Origin: a candidate division WOR-3 bacterium
GTDB lineage: Bacteria > Hydrothermota > Tepidihabitantia > Tepidihabitantales > Tepidihabitantaceae
Length of the DNA stretch: 64,000 nt
Reading direction: 5' to 3'
NCBI GenBank assembly: GCA_037441285.1
Contig: JBBISL010000001.1
Location: 1 to 64,000 of the forward strand
Part shown: piece after piece, positions 9,460 through 22,477 of the stretch
How the letters are laid out: every line of letters begins with the position of its first letter
Position numbering within the stretch: position 1 is the stretch's first letter
Program-made: the position numbers and the translations under genes
Notes under the pieces: generated by a model
The model's database searches: none
What the model was told of the DNA's origin: nothing
The model's input: only the letters and a program-made list of their open reading frames with translations

Positions 9460-10710
9460 TTACTGCGCTTTGCGCTGGGCGGTCCGGCTATAGATGTATT
9501 CCGGAGGCTTTTTCCGGGCGATGACATCAGGGGTGATGATGCATTCAATCACATTTTCTTTATTTGGGAGCTCGAACATTATGTCGAGCATCGTTTCTTC
9601 GAGTACGGCGCGTAAGCCCCGGGCACCGGTGCGCAGTGCCAGCGCCCGGTCAGCAACCGCGGCAAGCGCTTCGGGTGTGAAGGTCAGTTTCACCCCTTCC
9701 AGCTCAAAGAAATAAGAGTACTGATGAATCAGGGCGTTGCGCGGTTTTGTCAGGATGTCAATCAGCGCCTCGCGGGAAAGGCTGTGCAGGAGTGCGATGA
9801 CCGGGAGCCGGCCCACAAATTCCGGGATGAGGCCGAATTTAATCAAGTCGTCCGGCTGCACCAGGGTTAAAAGTTCGTCGCTATTCTGTAAGCGGTTGCC
9901 ACCGAGCGGGGCACCGAATCCGAGCGATGTTGTTCGTACCCGGCGCTCAATAATTTTATCCAGTCCTTCAAATGTCCCGCCGCAGATGAACAGGATGTTA
10001 CGGGTATTTATCGGAATAAACTGCTGCTCCGGATGCTTTCTGCCACCCTGAGGCGGGACATTGGCGATGGTGCCTTCAAGGATTTTGAGCAGCGCCTGCT
10101 GAACTCCTTCACCGGAAACATCACGGGTGATTGAAGGAGAATCGGCTTTCCTGCCAATCTTATCAATTTCATCGATATAGACAATACCAATCTCCGCCTG
10201 GGCGATGTTGCCCTGTGCCGCCTGCAGAAGCCGCAACAGGATGTTCTCTACATCCTCGCCGACATAACCGGCTTCGGTTAAAGGTGTGGCATCAGAAATT
10301 GAGAATGGTACCTTGAGAAATCGGGCAAGGGTTTCGGCCAGCAATGTTTTGCCCACGCCGGTGGGACCGATAAGCAGGATGTTGCTCTTATCCAGTTGCG
10401 GGGCATCACGCCGGGCGGTGATGCGTTTGTAATGATTGTACACGGCGACCGACAAAACCCTTTTGGCGTACTCCTGACCGATGACAAATTCGTCCAGATA
10501 GGCTTTGATTGCTGCGGGTTTGGGTATTTGTTTCAGTGGTTCAAGTACGGTTTCCCGTTCTTCAAAAAGGCTGACCGCAAGTCGGGCACACTGTTCGCAT
10601 ATCAAACCGTTGCGGCCCCGGACCAGACGGCTGGTTGTGTTCTCGGGTGTGCCACAAAAAGAGCAGATTTCCGGTAAACGTTTTTTTACGGGCCGATGGC
10701 GGGAACTCAT
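9460..10710 (-). CDS. clpX: ATP-dependent Clp protease ATP-binding subunit ClpX
   Basis: Zn-finger [44 protein letters not shown] loop. Confidence 0.97.
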   Translation of the reverse strand: MSSRHRPVKKRLPEICSFCGTPENTTSRLVRGRNGLICEQCARLAVSLFEERETVLEPLKQIPKPAAIKAYLDEFVIGQEYAKRVLSVAVYNHYKRITARRDAPQLDKSNILLIGPTGVGKTLLAETLARFLKVPFSISDATPLTEAGYVGEDVENILLRLLQAAQGNIAQAEIGIVYIDEIDKIGRKADSPSITRDVSGEGVQQALLKILEGTIANVPPQGGRKHPEQQFIPINTRNILFICGGTFEGLDKIIERRVRTTSLGFGAPLGGNRLQNSDELLTLVQPDDLIKFGLIPEFVGRLPVIALLHSLSREALIDILTKPRNALIHQYSYFFELEGVKLTFTPEALAAVADRALALRTGARGLRAVLEETMLDIMFELPNKENVIECIITPDVIARKKPPEYIYSRTAQRKAQ

Positions 10711-11333
10711 TTCCGTTTCTCAATCACCTCATCAATCAGTCCGTACTCTTTGGCTTCGGTTGCCGACATAAAGAAGTTGCGGTCGGTGTCTTTGAGGATT
10801 TTCTCCACGGGCTGGCCCGTGTGTTTGGCAAGAATTTCGGAAAGGGTTTCCTTTGCCCTTACCAGTTCCCGGGCATGGATTTCAATATCGGTTGCCTGAC
10901 CGCTCAAGCCGTAAGCCGCGGGCTGATGAATCATCATCCGGGAACGGGGCAGGGCAAATCGTTTGCCCTTTTCACCAGCCGCGAGCAGCAGGGCGGCGAT
11001 TGACGCTGCTTCACCAACACAGATGGTTGATACCTTGGGCCTGATGTACTGCATTGTGTCGTAGATTGCCAGTCCAGAGGAGACGACGCCACCGGGAGAG
11101 TTGATGTAGAGAAAGATGTCTTTTTCCGGGTCTTCCGCCTCAAGATAGAGCAACTGGGCAACGACAAGATTGGCAACCGTATCGTCAACCGGTTGACCTA
11201 AAAAGATGATTCGTTCTTTAAGCAGCCGGGAGTAGATGTCGTAGGCTCGTTCTCCCCGGCCGGTCTGTTCAATTACCATTGGGACTAACACAGGGACCTC
11301 CTCGGTTTCCTGATTTTTTATCTTTTCCGCCAT
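10707..11333 (-). CDS. clpP: ATP-dependent Clp protease proteolytic subunit
   Basis: [33 protein letters not shown], catalytic Asp region DRN. Confidence 0.97.
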   Translation of the reverse strand: MAEKIKNQETEEVPVLVPMVIEQTGRGERAYDIYSRLLKERIIFLGQPVDDTVANLVVAQLLYLEAEDPEKDIFLYINSPGGVVSSGLAIYDTMQYIRPKVSTICVGEAASIAALLLAAGEKGKRFALPRSRMMIHQPAAYGLSGQATDIEIHARELVRAKETLSEILAKHTGQPVEKILKDTDRNFFMSATEAKEYGLIDEVIEKRK

Positions 11334-11339
11334 TTGTTA

Positions 11340-11369
11340 TTTAGACCACTAGTTTTTTGGTTCTGATTC
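11340..11369 (-). promoter_or_regulatory. Putative ECF-sigma promoter of clpP-clpX (leaderless)
   Basis: Minus strand GAATC-N17-GGTCTAAA, then 6 nt to the clpP ATG; no SD. Confidence 0.7.
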
Positions 11370-12582
11370 ACTTGATGTTTGCCTGGTCAAGGATAAGGCG
11401 AAGAACCTTGCGCTGCAGGGCGTAGAAGCGGTAAGATGCGGTATCAACGAGCGGTGCGATTTCATCCGGGTTTCGGCCCGTACTGCGGGCAAGCTCATCA
11501 ACCTGTTGTTTGATATCATCTTCGCCGACCTCGATATTTTCTTTCGCCGCGATGCGCATCACAATACAGTCGAACTTTGCCGAGCGGACGGCAACAGGCA
11601 GGATTTTTTCCCGAATTTCCGGAGTGTCGGGTAAATTCAGTTGTTGCCGGACCCGGGTGATGTGTTCTTCAACCCAGGATTGCGGCGGTTCAAAGTTGTG
11701 GGCGGCAACCAGCTGGTCGATAATCTGTCGTTTTAATTCGTCTTCAATCTGCTCCTCCCGCTCAGCGAGGATTTCGTTGTTTATCGCCTGACGCAAGGCG
11801 TCAAGATTTTCAAACCCAAGGTCGGTGGCGAACTCTTCGGTTATTTCGGGTAGATGTTTTTCTCGTATTGCGCGGACCGTGAATTGATAGGTGATGGTCC
11901 GGCCCGCGAGCGTTTTGTCCTCGTGGTCAGCGGGAAATGTAATTGTGGCATTACGCTCGTCACCGGGATTTACTCCGAGTAGCGCCTTGTTGACCTCAGG
12001 ATGATTGTTTTCGTTCCCGACCTGTAAGGTAACATTGGTTTTCGGACCAACCAATTTTTTGTTACCCTCGGTAATTGTGTAGTCAACAACAACAAAATCG
12101 CCATTCTGGGCGGGCCGTTGCACCGGCTGAAAATGGGCACATTTTTCCCGAAGTTCGGAAAGTCTTTTTTCAAACTCTTCGTCAAATCCGGTAGGGGTGG
12201 GACGGTTGAGGTTTAAATTAGTATAAGGTTGCAGTTCGAATTCCGGAACCACTTCCACTGCCGCTCGATAACGAATGGTTTTATCCGGCGTAACCTCAAG
12301 GTCGAGAAATTGGACCCGGGAGGCGGGTTTAATGGAGTGTTTTTCCAGTGCCTCAGTTAAGGTTTGTTCTACAAGTTCTTCCACCGCTGCCGATTCGAGG
12401 GTGGAACCGAACCGGCGCTCCATAATATATTTAGGCACATGGCCCCGACGGAATCCCGGAACCTCGGCACGGTTCCGGTACTCTTTAATTAACCCTTCAA
12501 TACGGGATTTTAACCGTTCGGGTTCAATCTCCACTTCTATTTCTCTCAACCACTCTTTCGGTGATTTTACCGCAACTTCCAA
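11368..12582 (-). CDS. tig: Trigger factor
   Basis: VPGFRRGHVP ribosome-binding motif, FKBP-like middle domain, canonical tig-clpP-clpX order. Confidence 0.95.
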   Translation of the reverse strand: MEVAVKSPKEWLREIEVEIEPERLKSRIEGLIKEYRNRAEVPGFRRGHVPKYIMERRFGSTLESAAVEELVEQTLTEALEKHSIKPASRVQFLDLEVTPDKTIRYRAAVEVVPEFELQPYTNLNLNRPTPTGFDEEFEKRLSELREKCAHFQPVQRPAQNGDFVVVDYTITEGNKKLVGPKTNVTLQVGNENNHPEVNKALLGVNPGDERNATITFPADHEDKTLAGRTITYQFTVRAIREKHLPEITEEFATDLGFENLDALRQAINNEILAEREEQIEDELKRQIIDQLVAAHNFEPPQSWVEEHITRVRQQLNLPDTPEIREKILPVAVRSAKFDCIVMRIAAKENIEVGEDDIKQQVDELARSTGRNPDEIAPLVDTASYRFYALQRKVLRLILDQANIK

Positions 12583-12612
12583 ACTCTGCTCCTTTATTGC
12601 TTATTCTTTAAC

Positions 12613-12698
12613 TGGTGCGAGGAGGGGGAGTTGAACCCCCATCCCTTTTCGGGACCAGATCCTAAGTCTGGCGCGTCTGCCAGTTCCGCCATCCTCGC
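12613..12698 (-). tRNA. tRNA-Leu(TAG)
   Basis: Minus strand GCGAGGA...CCAGA-CT-TAG-GA-TCTGG, long variable arm, GTTCAACTC T-loop, 3' TCCTCGCACCA. Confidence 0.96.
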
Positions 12699-12736
12699 AT
12701 CGGCGTAAATGTCCGGTCGTCTTGCGGACCGATTCT

Positions 12737-12764
12737 ATTTTAAAAAGGTGTGAACCGAAGTCAA
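12737..12764 (-). promoter_or_regulatory. Sigma70-type promoter of tRNA-Leu-tig
   Basis: TTGACT-N16-TAAAAT. Confidence 0.6.
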
Positions 12765-12884
12765 GGAATGGTAACAGAATAAATGCTACAATTTGAGATG
12801 TACTATTTATTTATTCAATCGTTGACTTGTATTTAGTTTATTTTACCATTTTTAAAAGTTAAGGAGTTAAAAATAAAAGGATTT

Positions 12885-13580
12885 TTGTTTTCGCTTCGTG
12901 GTTTGAGAACTCGAGCAAACGCCGGTGCGGCGTTAATCTGGATAACTTTTCTATTTTTTATCGGCTGCGAAAATTTACCCCCTTCAACCCCGATAGTATT
13001 AGGACCCCAGCGGGCAAGACCAAACGATACGGCGATGGTTTCAGCGTTGTCAGTAGATAAAGAGGGAGATTCGGTTTCCTACTATTTTGAGTGGAGCGGA
13101 GGGGTTGAATCGGGCTGGAGCGAGTGGATTTCTGAAGGAATAGAATATTACCGTCCGGTGGTGTTTCAAGACACCGGACTATTTTTTCTCCGGGTAAAGG
13201 CACGCGACATTAGGCAGGAGTCGGGTTGGTCCGACACCTTTGTGGTTGATGTCCGATTCTGGACACCGCAGGTGCCCGAGCCTCCTTCTGGTCCTGATAC
13301 CGTTATTGTGGGTGATACGGTTAAGTTCGTCTCGCTCGCATTGCATCCGCTCCAGCAGTCGGTTGCCCTGCAGTTTCATTGGGGCGATACGATTGGTGAA
13401 TGGAGCGGTTTTGTGCCTCCGGGCACATTGGTGTGGCAGCGACACAGTTATCTTTTGCCCGGGATTTATGAGGTGCGCTGTCGGACAAAAGACCGTGGCG
13501 GATATGTTTCGGACTGGTCTTTGCCAGAAACGGTTTTGGTGGTTGAGAGCCGGTTTGAAATGCAGGGTGGTGTGCGATGA
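12885..13580 (+). CDS. Putative lipoprotein with two PKD/Ig-like repeats
   Basis: Hydrophobic stretch ending FFIGC; repeated Y.F.W....SGWS / F.WGD...WS...Y.V....D motifs. Upstream TTGACT-N16-TACCAT at 12822-12849. Confidence 0.7.
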   Translation: MFSLRGLRTRANAGAALIWITFLFFIGCENLPPSTPIVLGPQRARPNDTAMVSALSVDKEGDSVSYYFEWSGGVESGWSEWISEGIEYYRPVVFQDTGLFFLRVKARDIRQESGWSDTFVVDVRFWTPQVPEPPSGPDTVIVGDTVKFVSLALHPLQQSVALQFHWGDTIGEWSGFVPPGTLVWQRHSYLLPGIYEVRCRTKDRGGYVSDWSLPETVLVVESRFEMQGGVR

Positions 13581-13602
13581 ATAATAATGGAGGTTCATTA
13601 AT

Positions 13603-16600
13603 ATGAGAAGGCTGATTGTAGTCGGCATTCTGGTTCTGTGGTCAGGGGTAATTACCGCTGCAGAACCGCCCCGAGAGATGAAAGTCAAGGTCTTTTGCCC
13701 GCGGCAGGAATTGAGTACAGTGGCAAAAGATGTCCTCGAATTTTATGAAGTGAAAGATGACTACTTCATCGGTGCGGTGACCGCTGAAACCTATAAGGAG
13801 TTTTTGCGGCGCGGGTTCCGGGTAGAAGTGCTGGTTGAGGATATGCAGGAGTGGGCGAAATTGCAGTGTCCGGGCGATGATTTTGGCCGGTACCACTCCT
13901 ATCAGGAAATAATGGACACATTCGCCCTGATTGCTGCCACCTATCCGAACATCTGTCAACTGGAGACGATTGCGGTCTCGCCAACCGGTAAGTTTTTAAT
14001 CGCTTTGAAGATTACTCAGAACCCAACGGTTGAGAATCATCGGCCCAGACTGGAGTGGGATGGTTCAATTCATGGCAACGAGAACATCGGGACTGAAATC
14101 TGCTGGTATATTACCCGACGCCTGACCGAAGGTTATGGGTCAGACCCGCTAATTACTCATCTGGTCAACACCAGGGAAATCTGGGTGGTTCCCTGTATGA
14201 ATCCGGAAGGTTTGATTAACCGCAGTCGGAGTAACTCCAATGGCATTGATATGAACCGCGATTTTGGTTATGCCTGGAATCAGGAGTCCGGGGCTGATGT
14301 TCCCTGGAGTCAACCCGAGATTCAGGGGTTCAGAAATTTTATGCAGCGCCAGCCGTTTGTGATTACGATGACCTATCACAGCGGCACCAGGTCGGTAATG
14401 TGGCCCTGGAGTTACTCTCAAATCGCTACCCGGGATAGCGTTGCCCATCAACAGTTGTGTGAGTTGTACGGTAGTATCACCGGATATCCGGCATTTCAGA
14501 TTTCCCGGGGGCTTTATGTGTGTTCCGGTACCTCCTCGGACTTTACCTATGGGGCGGAAGGTGCCTTGGGTCTGGCGGCTGAAGTGGCAAACGGTCAACC
14601 ACCACCTCAGGGTGATATTGATACAATCTGTCGGGCGAACTGGACTGCAAGCGTTCAGTTGATGATTCGTGGTGCGTGGGGGATTCGTGGCCAGATAACC
14701 GATTCCGTTACCGGTTTGCCCATAAAGCGGGCGATTGTAGTCCCGGTGCCGACAAACTGGATGGTGTACGCCGATACTACCGGCTGGTTTTTTAAATATG
14801 TTTTACCGGGGACATATACCCTAAAGGTGATGGCGGATGGTTATCGGACCAAGACGGTCAGCGGCATCGTTGTTCCTAACGACACCTTTGTTGTGGTCAA
14901 TGTGGCATTGAATCCGGACTCGACCGCACCAATTACCGGTTACAAGGTTACCACCTGGATTTGTAAGAGTGCAACCGGTGCCGGTTCAACAATGGGGCTT
15001 GCGGCTCTGGGCAAAAGGGATAACAGTACGCTGAGTTTAACCACGCGGGGTATGGCGGTTATTGAACTTTCCGAAGAGATAATAAACGGACCCGGAACCG
15101 ATTTTACGGTCTATTCTACTACTAACAAACCCTGTTCGGTGTTCGTGTCGAGTGAGTGGAATGGACCCTGGTCGTTCTGTGCTTATGGTTCGGGTAACAT
15201 CACCTGCGACCTTGCCAGTGCCGGGATTAATATCGCAAAGTTCGTTCGACTCAACGATGCGGGCCAGAATTACGACCTTGATGCTGTCGAAGGGGTGGTT
15301 GTTAATGCACCGGCGTTGGTTTTTCAGAATAAAACGGTAATCGATTCACCACCTGGAGGTAATGGCGATGGGAAACTTGACCCGGGTGAGAGCGCGGCAT
15401 TGACCGTGGCGTTGCGTAATGCCGGTCGGCTGGGTGCAAGCAATGTTACCGGTGTGCTTCGAACTTCCAGCCCGTTTGTTTCGGTCATTGATTCAAACGG
15501 AACTTTTGGCGACATTCTCCCTGATTCGGTGGCAACAAACAGCGCAGACCGGTTTATGGTTGTTGCCGCACCCGAGACACCGCGGGAGCACCAGGCGGAG
15601 ATGAAACTTTATCTATCAGGCACCGGTTATTCCGATAGTGTCAGTTTTATCGTTACGGTGGGTGAGTTGCGAGTCGTTGACCCAATACCCGATAATGCAA
15701 ACCCGGTAATTTATTGGGCTTACGATGAAATTGATACGCTTTATACCGAACATCCTGAGTTCAACTGGGTGGAGATTAGAAACCTCGGTACAAGGCTAAC
15801 TTTAAGCGACGACCAAACCGTCCAGATAACTCTACCACCATCTTTTGGTCCTTTCATCTTCTATGGACAGCCCTACACTCAGGTTTCGGTCTGTTCTAAC
15901 GGCTGGCTGGCGCCAGGATACACAACATCAACTGCGTATCAAAATACCAGTTTGCCCAACAGTTCAATGCCACAGTTGCTTGCGGTAAACTGGGACGACC
16001 TGTATCCACCCAGTGGCAATGGTGTTTGGTACTATCACGACAGCGCCCATCACCGTTTTATTGTGGAATGGGATTCGGTTCGTTATTTCAACCCTAATAC
16101 GATATGGGAAAAGTTCCAGATAATTCTTTACGATACCACGCTGGCGGGTGAGGATGGCAACTGTAAGTTTGCCTTTCAGTATCTAACTGCGAACTATCCA
16201 GGACATTCAGCAACTGTCGGGGTTCAGGACCAGGGTGGGGCTCGGTTTATTCAGGTACTCTACAACGGGACCTATCACCGGGCGGCATCGCCCTGGATTC
16301 CAGGTCATGCGATAGAGTTTTCGACCGATTACCAGACCGGAATTGCTGAGAGCCGGGTATCAGGATTATCAGCGGCACGCTTAGCACTGCGGGTGGTGGA
16401 AAACCCCGCTCCGAGTAGAGTGGTCCTGCATTACTCTTTACCTTTTGCCGACCGGGTAAATCTGGATGTGTTTGACCGTTCGGGCAGGTTGATACGCCGA
16501 TTTGAATTGGGCGAACAGCGTTCGGGAAATTACAAAGTCCAGTGGGATGGACGCGATAATCAAGGACATACAGTTCCAGCCGGAATTTACTGGGTTCGGC

Positions 16601-16650
16601 TTTCAACCAGCCGACAGTTAAAAACGGTCAAGGCGGTACTGGTGCGCTGA
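13603..16650 (+). CDS. Secreted M14 zinc carboxypeptidase with carboxypeptidase-regulatory, beta-sandwich and C-terminal FlgD-Ig/T9SS-like domains
   Basis: Signal peptide; HGNE, DMNRDF, YHSG, catalytic E in LAAEV; tail VFDRSGRLIR...WDGRD..G..VPAGIYWVRL. Confidence 0.88.
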   Translation: MRRLIVVGILVLWSGVITAAEPPREMKVKVFCPRQELSTVAKDVLEFYEVKDDYFIGAVTAETYKEFLRRGFRVEVLVEDMQEWAKLQCPGDDFGRYHSYQEIMDTFALIAATYPNICQLETIAVSPTGKFLIALKITQNPTVENHRPRLEWDGSIHGNENIGTEICWYITRRLTEGYGSDPLITHLVNTREIWVVPCMNPEGLINRSRSNSNGIDMNRDFGYAWNQESGADVPWSQPEIQGFRNFMQRQPFVITMTYHSGTRSVMWPWSYSQIATRDSVAHQQLCELYGSITGYPAFQISRGLYVCSGTSSDFTYGAEGALGLAAEVANGQPPPQGDIDTICRANWTASVQLMIRGAWGIRGQITDSVTGLPIKRAIVVPVPTNWMVYADTTGWFFKYVLPGTYTLKVMADGYRTKTVSGIVVPNDTFVVVNVALNPDSTAPITGYKVTTWICKSATGAGSTMGLAALGKRDNSTLSLTTRGMAVIELSEEIINGPGTDFTVYSTTNKPCSVFVSSEWNGPWSFCAYGSGNITCDLASAGINIAKFVRLNDAGQNYDLDAVEGVVVNAPALVFQNKTVIDSPPGGNGDGKLDPGESAALTVALRNAGRLGASNVTGVLRTSSPFVSVIDSNGTFGDILPDSVATNSADRFMVVAAPETPREHQAEMKLYLSGTGYSDSVSFIVTVGELRVVDPIPDNANPVIYWAYDEIDTLYTEHPEFNWVEIRNLGTRLTLSDDQTVQITLPPSFGPFIFYGQPYTQVSVCSNGWLAPGYTTSTAYQNTSLPNSSMPQLLAVNWDDLYPPSGNGVWYYHDSAHHRFIVEWDSVRYFNPNTIWEKFQIILYDTTLAGEDGNCKFAFQYLTANYPGHSATVGVQDQGGARFIQVLYNGTYHRAASPWIPGHAIEFSTDYQTGIAESRVSGLSAARLALRVVENPAPSRVVLHYSLPFADRVNLDVFDRSGRLIRRFELGEQRSGNYKVQWDGRDNQGHTVPAGIYWVRLSTSRQLKTVKAVLVR

Positions 16651-16655
16651 GCGGT

Positions 16656-17171
16656 ATGAGAAAGGACAAAGAAAAAAAACAGAGCAGGGGAAGTCTCAAT
16701 CCTACCCGAAACAGGTTGCAATCATGCCCGCGTAAGACTTGGGATGAGTATTTTATCGCCATCGCCCGCCTTGTGTCAGAACGGTCTACCTGTTTACGAC
16801 GGAAGGTTGGTGCAATTCTGGTTCGGGAAAAACGGATTCTCTGTACCGGTTACAATGGGGCGCCGCACGGATTGCTCCATTGTGAGAAAGTGGGTTGTCT
16901 GCGCGATGAACTTAGGATTCCAGCCGGAGAGCGGATTGAGATTTGCCGGGGAATTCACGCCGAGCAGAATACGCTGGTTCAAGCGGCGGCATTCGGTATC
17001 AGTGTTTCCGGAGCTACTCTTTATTGCACCCATGCACCTTGTATTACCTGCGCCAAGATGTTGATCAATGCGGGTATCCGGGAGTTTGTTATTGCGGATG
17101 ACTATCCGGACGATTTTGCTCGCTCCTTTCTGGTTGAGGCGAGCGTTGTGGTGCGACGGATACGGGGGTAA
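16656..17171 (+). CDS. dCMP deaminase (ComEB-like)
   Basis: WDEYF, RSTCLRRKVGA, TGYNG, HAEQN, PCITC. Confidence 0.92.
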   Translation: MRKDKEKKQSRGSLNPTRNRLQSCPRKTWDEYFIAIARLVSERSTCLRRKVGAILVREKRILCTGYNGAPHGLLHCEKVGCLRDELRIPAGERIEICRGIHAEQNTLVQAAAFGISVSGATLYCTHAPCITCAKMLINAGIREFVIADDYPDDFARSFLVEASVVVRRIRG

Positions 17172-17243
17172 AAGAAGTCCAGAGTGCACTGATGGTAACA
17201 GTTGACCTTGAGAGGTAGCACATTATATTTACCACCGAGAGCG

Positions 17244-17504
17244 ATGATTAAAGAAGAGTTGATTATTGGCGGTCCGGTTGGTCTTCATGCTCGGCCCGCA
17301 GCGGAGTTTGTCCGGCTTGCCGAAAAGTTTCAATCGCGGGTGAGGCTTGCCAAGGATGGCATCTGGGTTAATGGCAAGAGTATTCTCGCGATTCTGACCC
17401 TGGCAGCGGAGAAAGGAAGTGTTGTAACGCTCGAGGTGAGTGGCGTTGATGAGGAAGAGGCGTTTCGGGTTTTAAAGGAGAAGTTGACCAAGAATGATTC
17501 GTAA
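17244..17504 (+). CDS. ptsH: Phosphocarrier protein HPr
   Basis: GLHARPAA (His15) and NGKSIL (Ser46). Start moved to ATG 17244, downstream of TTGACC-N16-TATATT (17202-17229). Confidence 0.93.
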   Translation: MIKEELIIGGPVGLHARPAAEFVRLAEKFQSRVRLAKDGIWVNGKSILAILTLAAEKGSVVTLEVSGVDEEEAFRVLKEKLTKNDS

Positions 17505-19302
17505 ACCGGTGGATTCCCGTTTGCGCGGGAAACCAAAAGAAAGAATTATCCGGTCAATCCCGGTGTCGGCGGGTTTCGCCCGGGGCAAGGTTTTTATTTA
17601 TCGAGTGTATTTACCAGAGGTTGAGGAAAGAACCATTTTCCCCACAGAGGTAACAAGAGAGATTGAGCGATTCAAGAAAGCGATTAAAATTACGAACGAT
17701 GATTTACGGAAGTTGAAAGAGCGGGTGAAAAAAGAGATGGGGCGGGATTTTGCCGATTTTATCGATGTTCAACTGGCGGTGTTAAACGATGAGGAGGTGC
17801 TTAAGAAAACTGAGCAGTTCATCCGTGAGCGGTTACGAAACGCCGAATTCGCTTATACGCAAACTCTAAAACAGCTTACCGCCAATGTGAGCCGAGCCGG
17901 ACTGTCCTTTTTCCGCGAGCGGTTTGTCGATGTCGCTGATGTTTCGGCTCGGGTACTTTCCGTACTGCTCGGAGATGAGCTGCCCTCGATTCATACGCTC
18001 GAGCCGGGTTCGATAATAGTTGCCCATGAGTTACCGCCTTCGGAGACGGCACTACTTGACCCGGGAAAAGTTGCGGCTGTGGTCCTTGAAGCCGGGGGCA
18101 AAACATCGCATACCGCAATTATGGCAAAGGCGAAGGAGATTCCTGCGGTAGTAGGGGCAGAAGGCATTCTGCGCGAGGTTAAAGATGGTGACGATGTGTT
18201 TGTTGACGGGTATCGGGGAATTGTGTTCGTTAACCCGACGCCCAGCCGTCTTAATACCTACAAAAATGAGATTGAGCGTTACCGTGCGCACCGGGCGTCA
18301 CTTAAAGCACTGGTTGAAGAAGAGGCGGTCACGCTTGATGGTAAGGTAATCGACCTGTCGGCGAACATCGAATTTCTCATTGAGGCGAAAGTTGCCCGGG
18401 AAAACGGTGCGCGTGGCGTCGGTTTGTTTCGTACCGAGTACATTTATCTGGCAAAGCGCCGGCCGCCAACTGAAGAGGAGCAGTATGCGGTGTATCGTGA
18501 TGTTGCCGAAATGTTTAAGCCCTATCCGGTGATAGTGCGCACCTTTGATTTAGGAGGTGATAAGGTAATTCCCGGTTATTCTGAGGCAAATCCGTTTCTG
18601 GGCTGGCGGGCAATCCGATTGTGTCTTGATGACCCGGCATTGTTTAAAACGCAGTTGCGAGCAATTTTGAGGGCATCAAGCCACGGTAATGTCAAGGTGA
18701 TGTTCCCGATGATTGCGACAATTGAAGAGTTACGACGGGCAAAGCTCTTGCTTGAAGAGGCGAAGAAGGAGTTGCGCCGCGAAGGCAAAGGTTTTAATGA
18801 ACAAATTGAGGTCGGGGTGATGGTTGAGACACCATCCGCGGCACTGCTGGCACAGCAGTTTGCCAGCGAATGTAATTTTCTATCCATCGGCTCCAATGAC
18901 CTGACGCAGTATACACTGGCGGTTGACCGTGGTAATGAACTTGTTGCAAAGTTGTTTGACCATCTACACCCGGCGGTGCTGCAGTTGATTAAACTGACGA
19001 TTGATGCGGCACACCGTCAGGGTATCTGGGTTGGAATGTGTGGTGAGTTTGGCGCCGACCCGCTGGGTATTGTTCTGTTACTGGGGATGGGAATTGATGA
19101 GATTTCAGTAGTACCGGGAATGATCCCAGAGGTGAAAAATATCATCCGTTCGGTTGACACAACTATTGCCCGGGAGGTAGCATCCCAGGCGTTGGAGCTT
19201 TCGACCGCACTGGAGGTTGAGCGATTGCTCTATCGGGAGTTACACCGGCGTTTTCCCAAACTGTCGCAGTCGCTGTTTGCCCTCGGCGAGAGAAAGAAGT
19301 GA
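17494..19302 (+). CDS. ptsI: PTS enzyme I
   Basis: GGKTSHTAIMA phospho-His, GLFRTE, RTFDLGGDK, NPFLGWRAIR, SIGSNDLTQY, GMCGE. Confidence 0.96.
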   Translation: MIRKPVDSRLRGKPKERIIRSIPVSAGFARGKVFIYRVYLPEVEERTIFPTEVTREIERFKKAIKITNDDLRKLKERVKKEMGRDFADFIDVQLAVLNDEEVLKKTEQFIRERLRNAEFAYTQTLKQLTANVSRAGLSFFRERFVDVADVSARVLSVLLGDELPSIHTLEPGSIIVAHELPPSETALLDPGKVAAVVLEAGGKTSHTAIMAKAKEIPAVVGAEGILREVKDGDDVFVDGYRGIVFVNPTPSRLNTYKNEIERYRAHRASLKALVEEEAVTLDGKVIDLSANIEFLIEAKVARENGARGVGLFRTEYIYLAKRRPPTEEEQYAVYRDVAEMFKPYPVIVRTFDLGGDKVIPGYSEANPFLGWRAIRLCLDDPALFKTQLRAILRASSHGNVKVMFPMIATIEELRRAKLLLEEAKKELRREGKGFNEQIEVGVMVETPSAALLAQQFASECNFLSIGSNDLTQYTLAVDRGNELVAKLFDHLHPAVLQLIKLTIDAAHRQGIWVGMCGEFGADPLGIVLLLGMGIDEISVVPGMIPEVKNIIRSVDTTIAREVASQALELSTALEVERLLYRELHRRFPKLSQSLFALGERKK

Positions 19303-20320
19303 GTAAAATGGAAGATAAAAAAATGCTAAAACTTATCTATGGGTTGCCCGAACAACTTGGTCAGGCAGCTGCAATTGGCCGGGGCGGTCCAATAGTTTTT
19401 AAGAGGGAATTGGAGAATGTCGTAATTGCCGGTATGGGTGGTTCGGCAATGGGCGGTGATGTAGTGCGAACCGTATTGAACGAAGAGGCTTTGTTACCAG
19501 TTGCGGTCTGGCGAGATTACCGGTTGCCAGCGACAGTCGGGAAAAAGACACTTTTGTTTCTTAGCAGTTACTCTGGTAATACAGAAGAGACAATCAGTGC
19601 CTATGAGGAAGGACGGCGACGCGGCGCTTTGATATTTGTCATTACCAGCGGTGGCAAAATGGCTGAAATGGCAAAGGCGGACGGTTTTCCCTTGCTTCTT
19701 GTTCCAGGGGGAATGCCGCCGCGAACCGCCGTGGGCTATATGAGCGTTCCGATATTAATGGTGCTCTTCCGGCTCAAGATGTGCCGGGATTATACATCAG
19801 ACATCATTGAGGCGCAGCGGCTGATAAAACAGCGGCTCAGAGTGTGGCAGAGGCGGGCAACTGTTTTCGCGCCGCTTTTATTGAATCGCCTGCCCGCGAT
19901 TTATTCAACCGCCCGGCTGCTTGATATCGCGGCTTATCGCTGGCAGTGTCAGTTGAATGAAAACGCCAAGGTGTTCTGCCATAGCGGTATGCTGCCCGAG
20001 CAGAGCCATAATGAGATAATGGGTTTCGGCGCGCCGCAATTTCTAAAGCGCAAAATTTATACGGTTGTTCTTGTGGACAAAAACTCTCACCCCAGGACCT
20101 TGCAGCGTTTGCGGGAGATGAGAAAACTTGTTGAAGGAAGTTGGGCGGGTATGCACATCGTAAAAACCGAAGGTGTTTCGCCGCTGGCACGCCTGTTTTC
20201 ATCAGTGGTGATGGGCGACCTGGTAAGTGTTGCCCTTGCTCAAAAAAGAGGTGTTGACCCGATAGGTATTCCCCGGATTGATAAATTAAAACAGGCGCTG
20301 GCAAGAAGGAGCAAGGTAAA

Positions 20321-20324
<4 letters not shown>
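19299..20324 (+). CDS. Bifunctional phosphoglucose/phosphomannose isomerase (SIS family)
   Basis: AGMGGSA, SYSGNTEET, PPR, RWQCQLNENAK, PEQSHNEI. Confidence 0.9.
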
Positions 20325-22461
<2,137 letters not shown>

Positions 22462-22477
22462 ACCATAGGAGGCATAA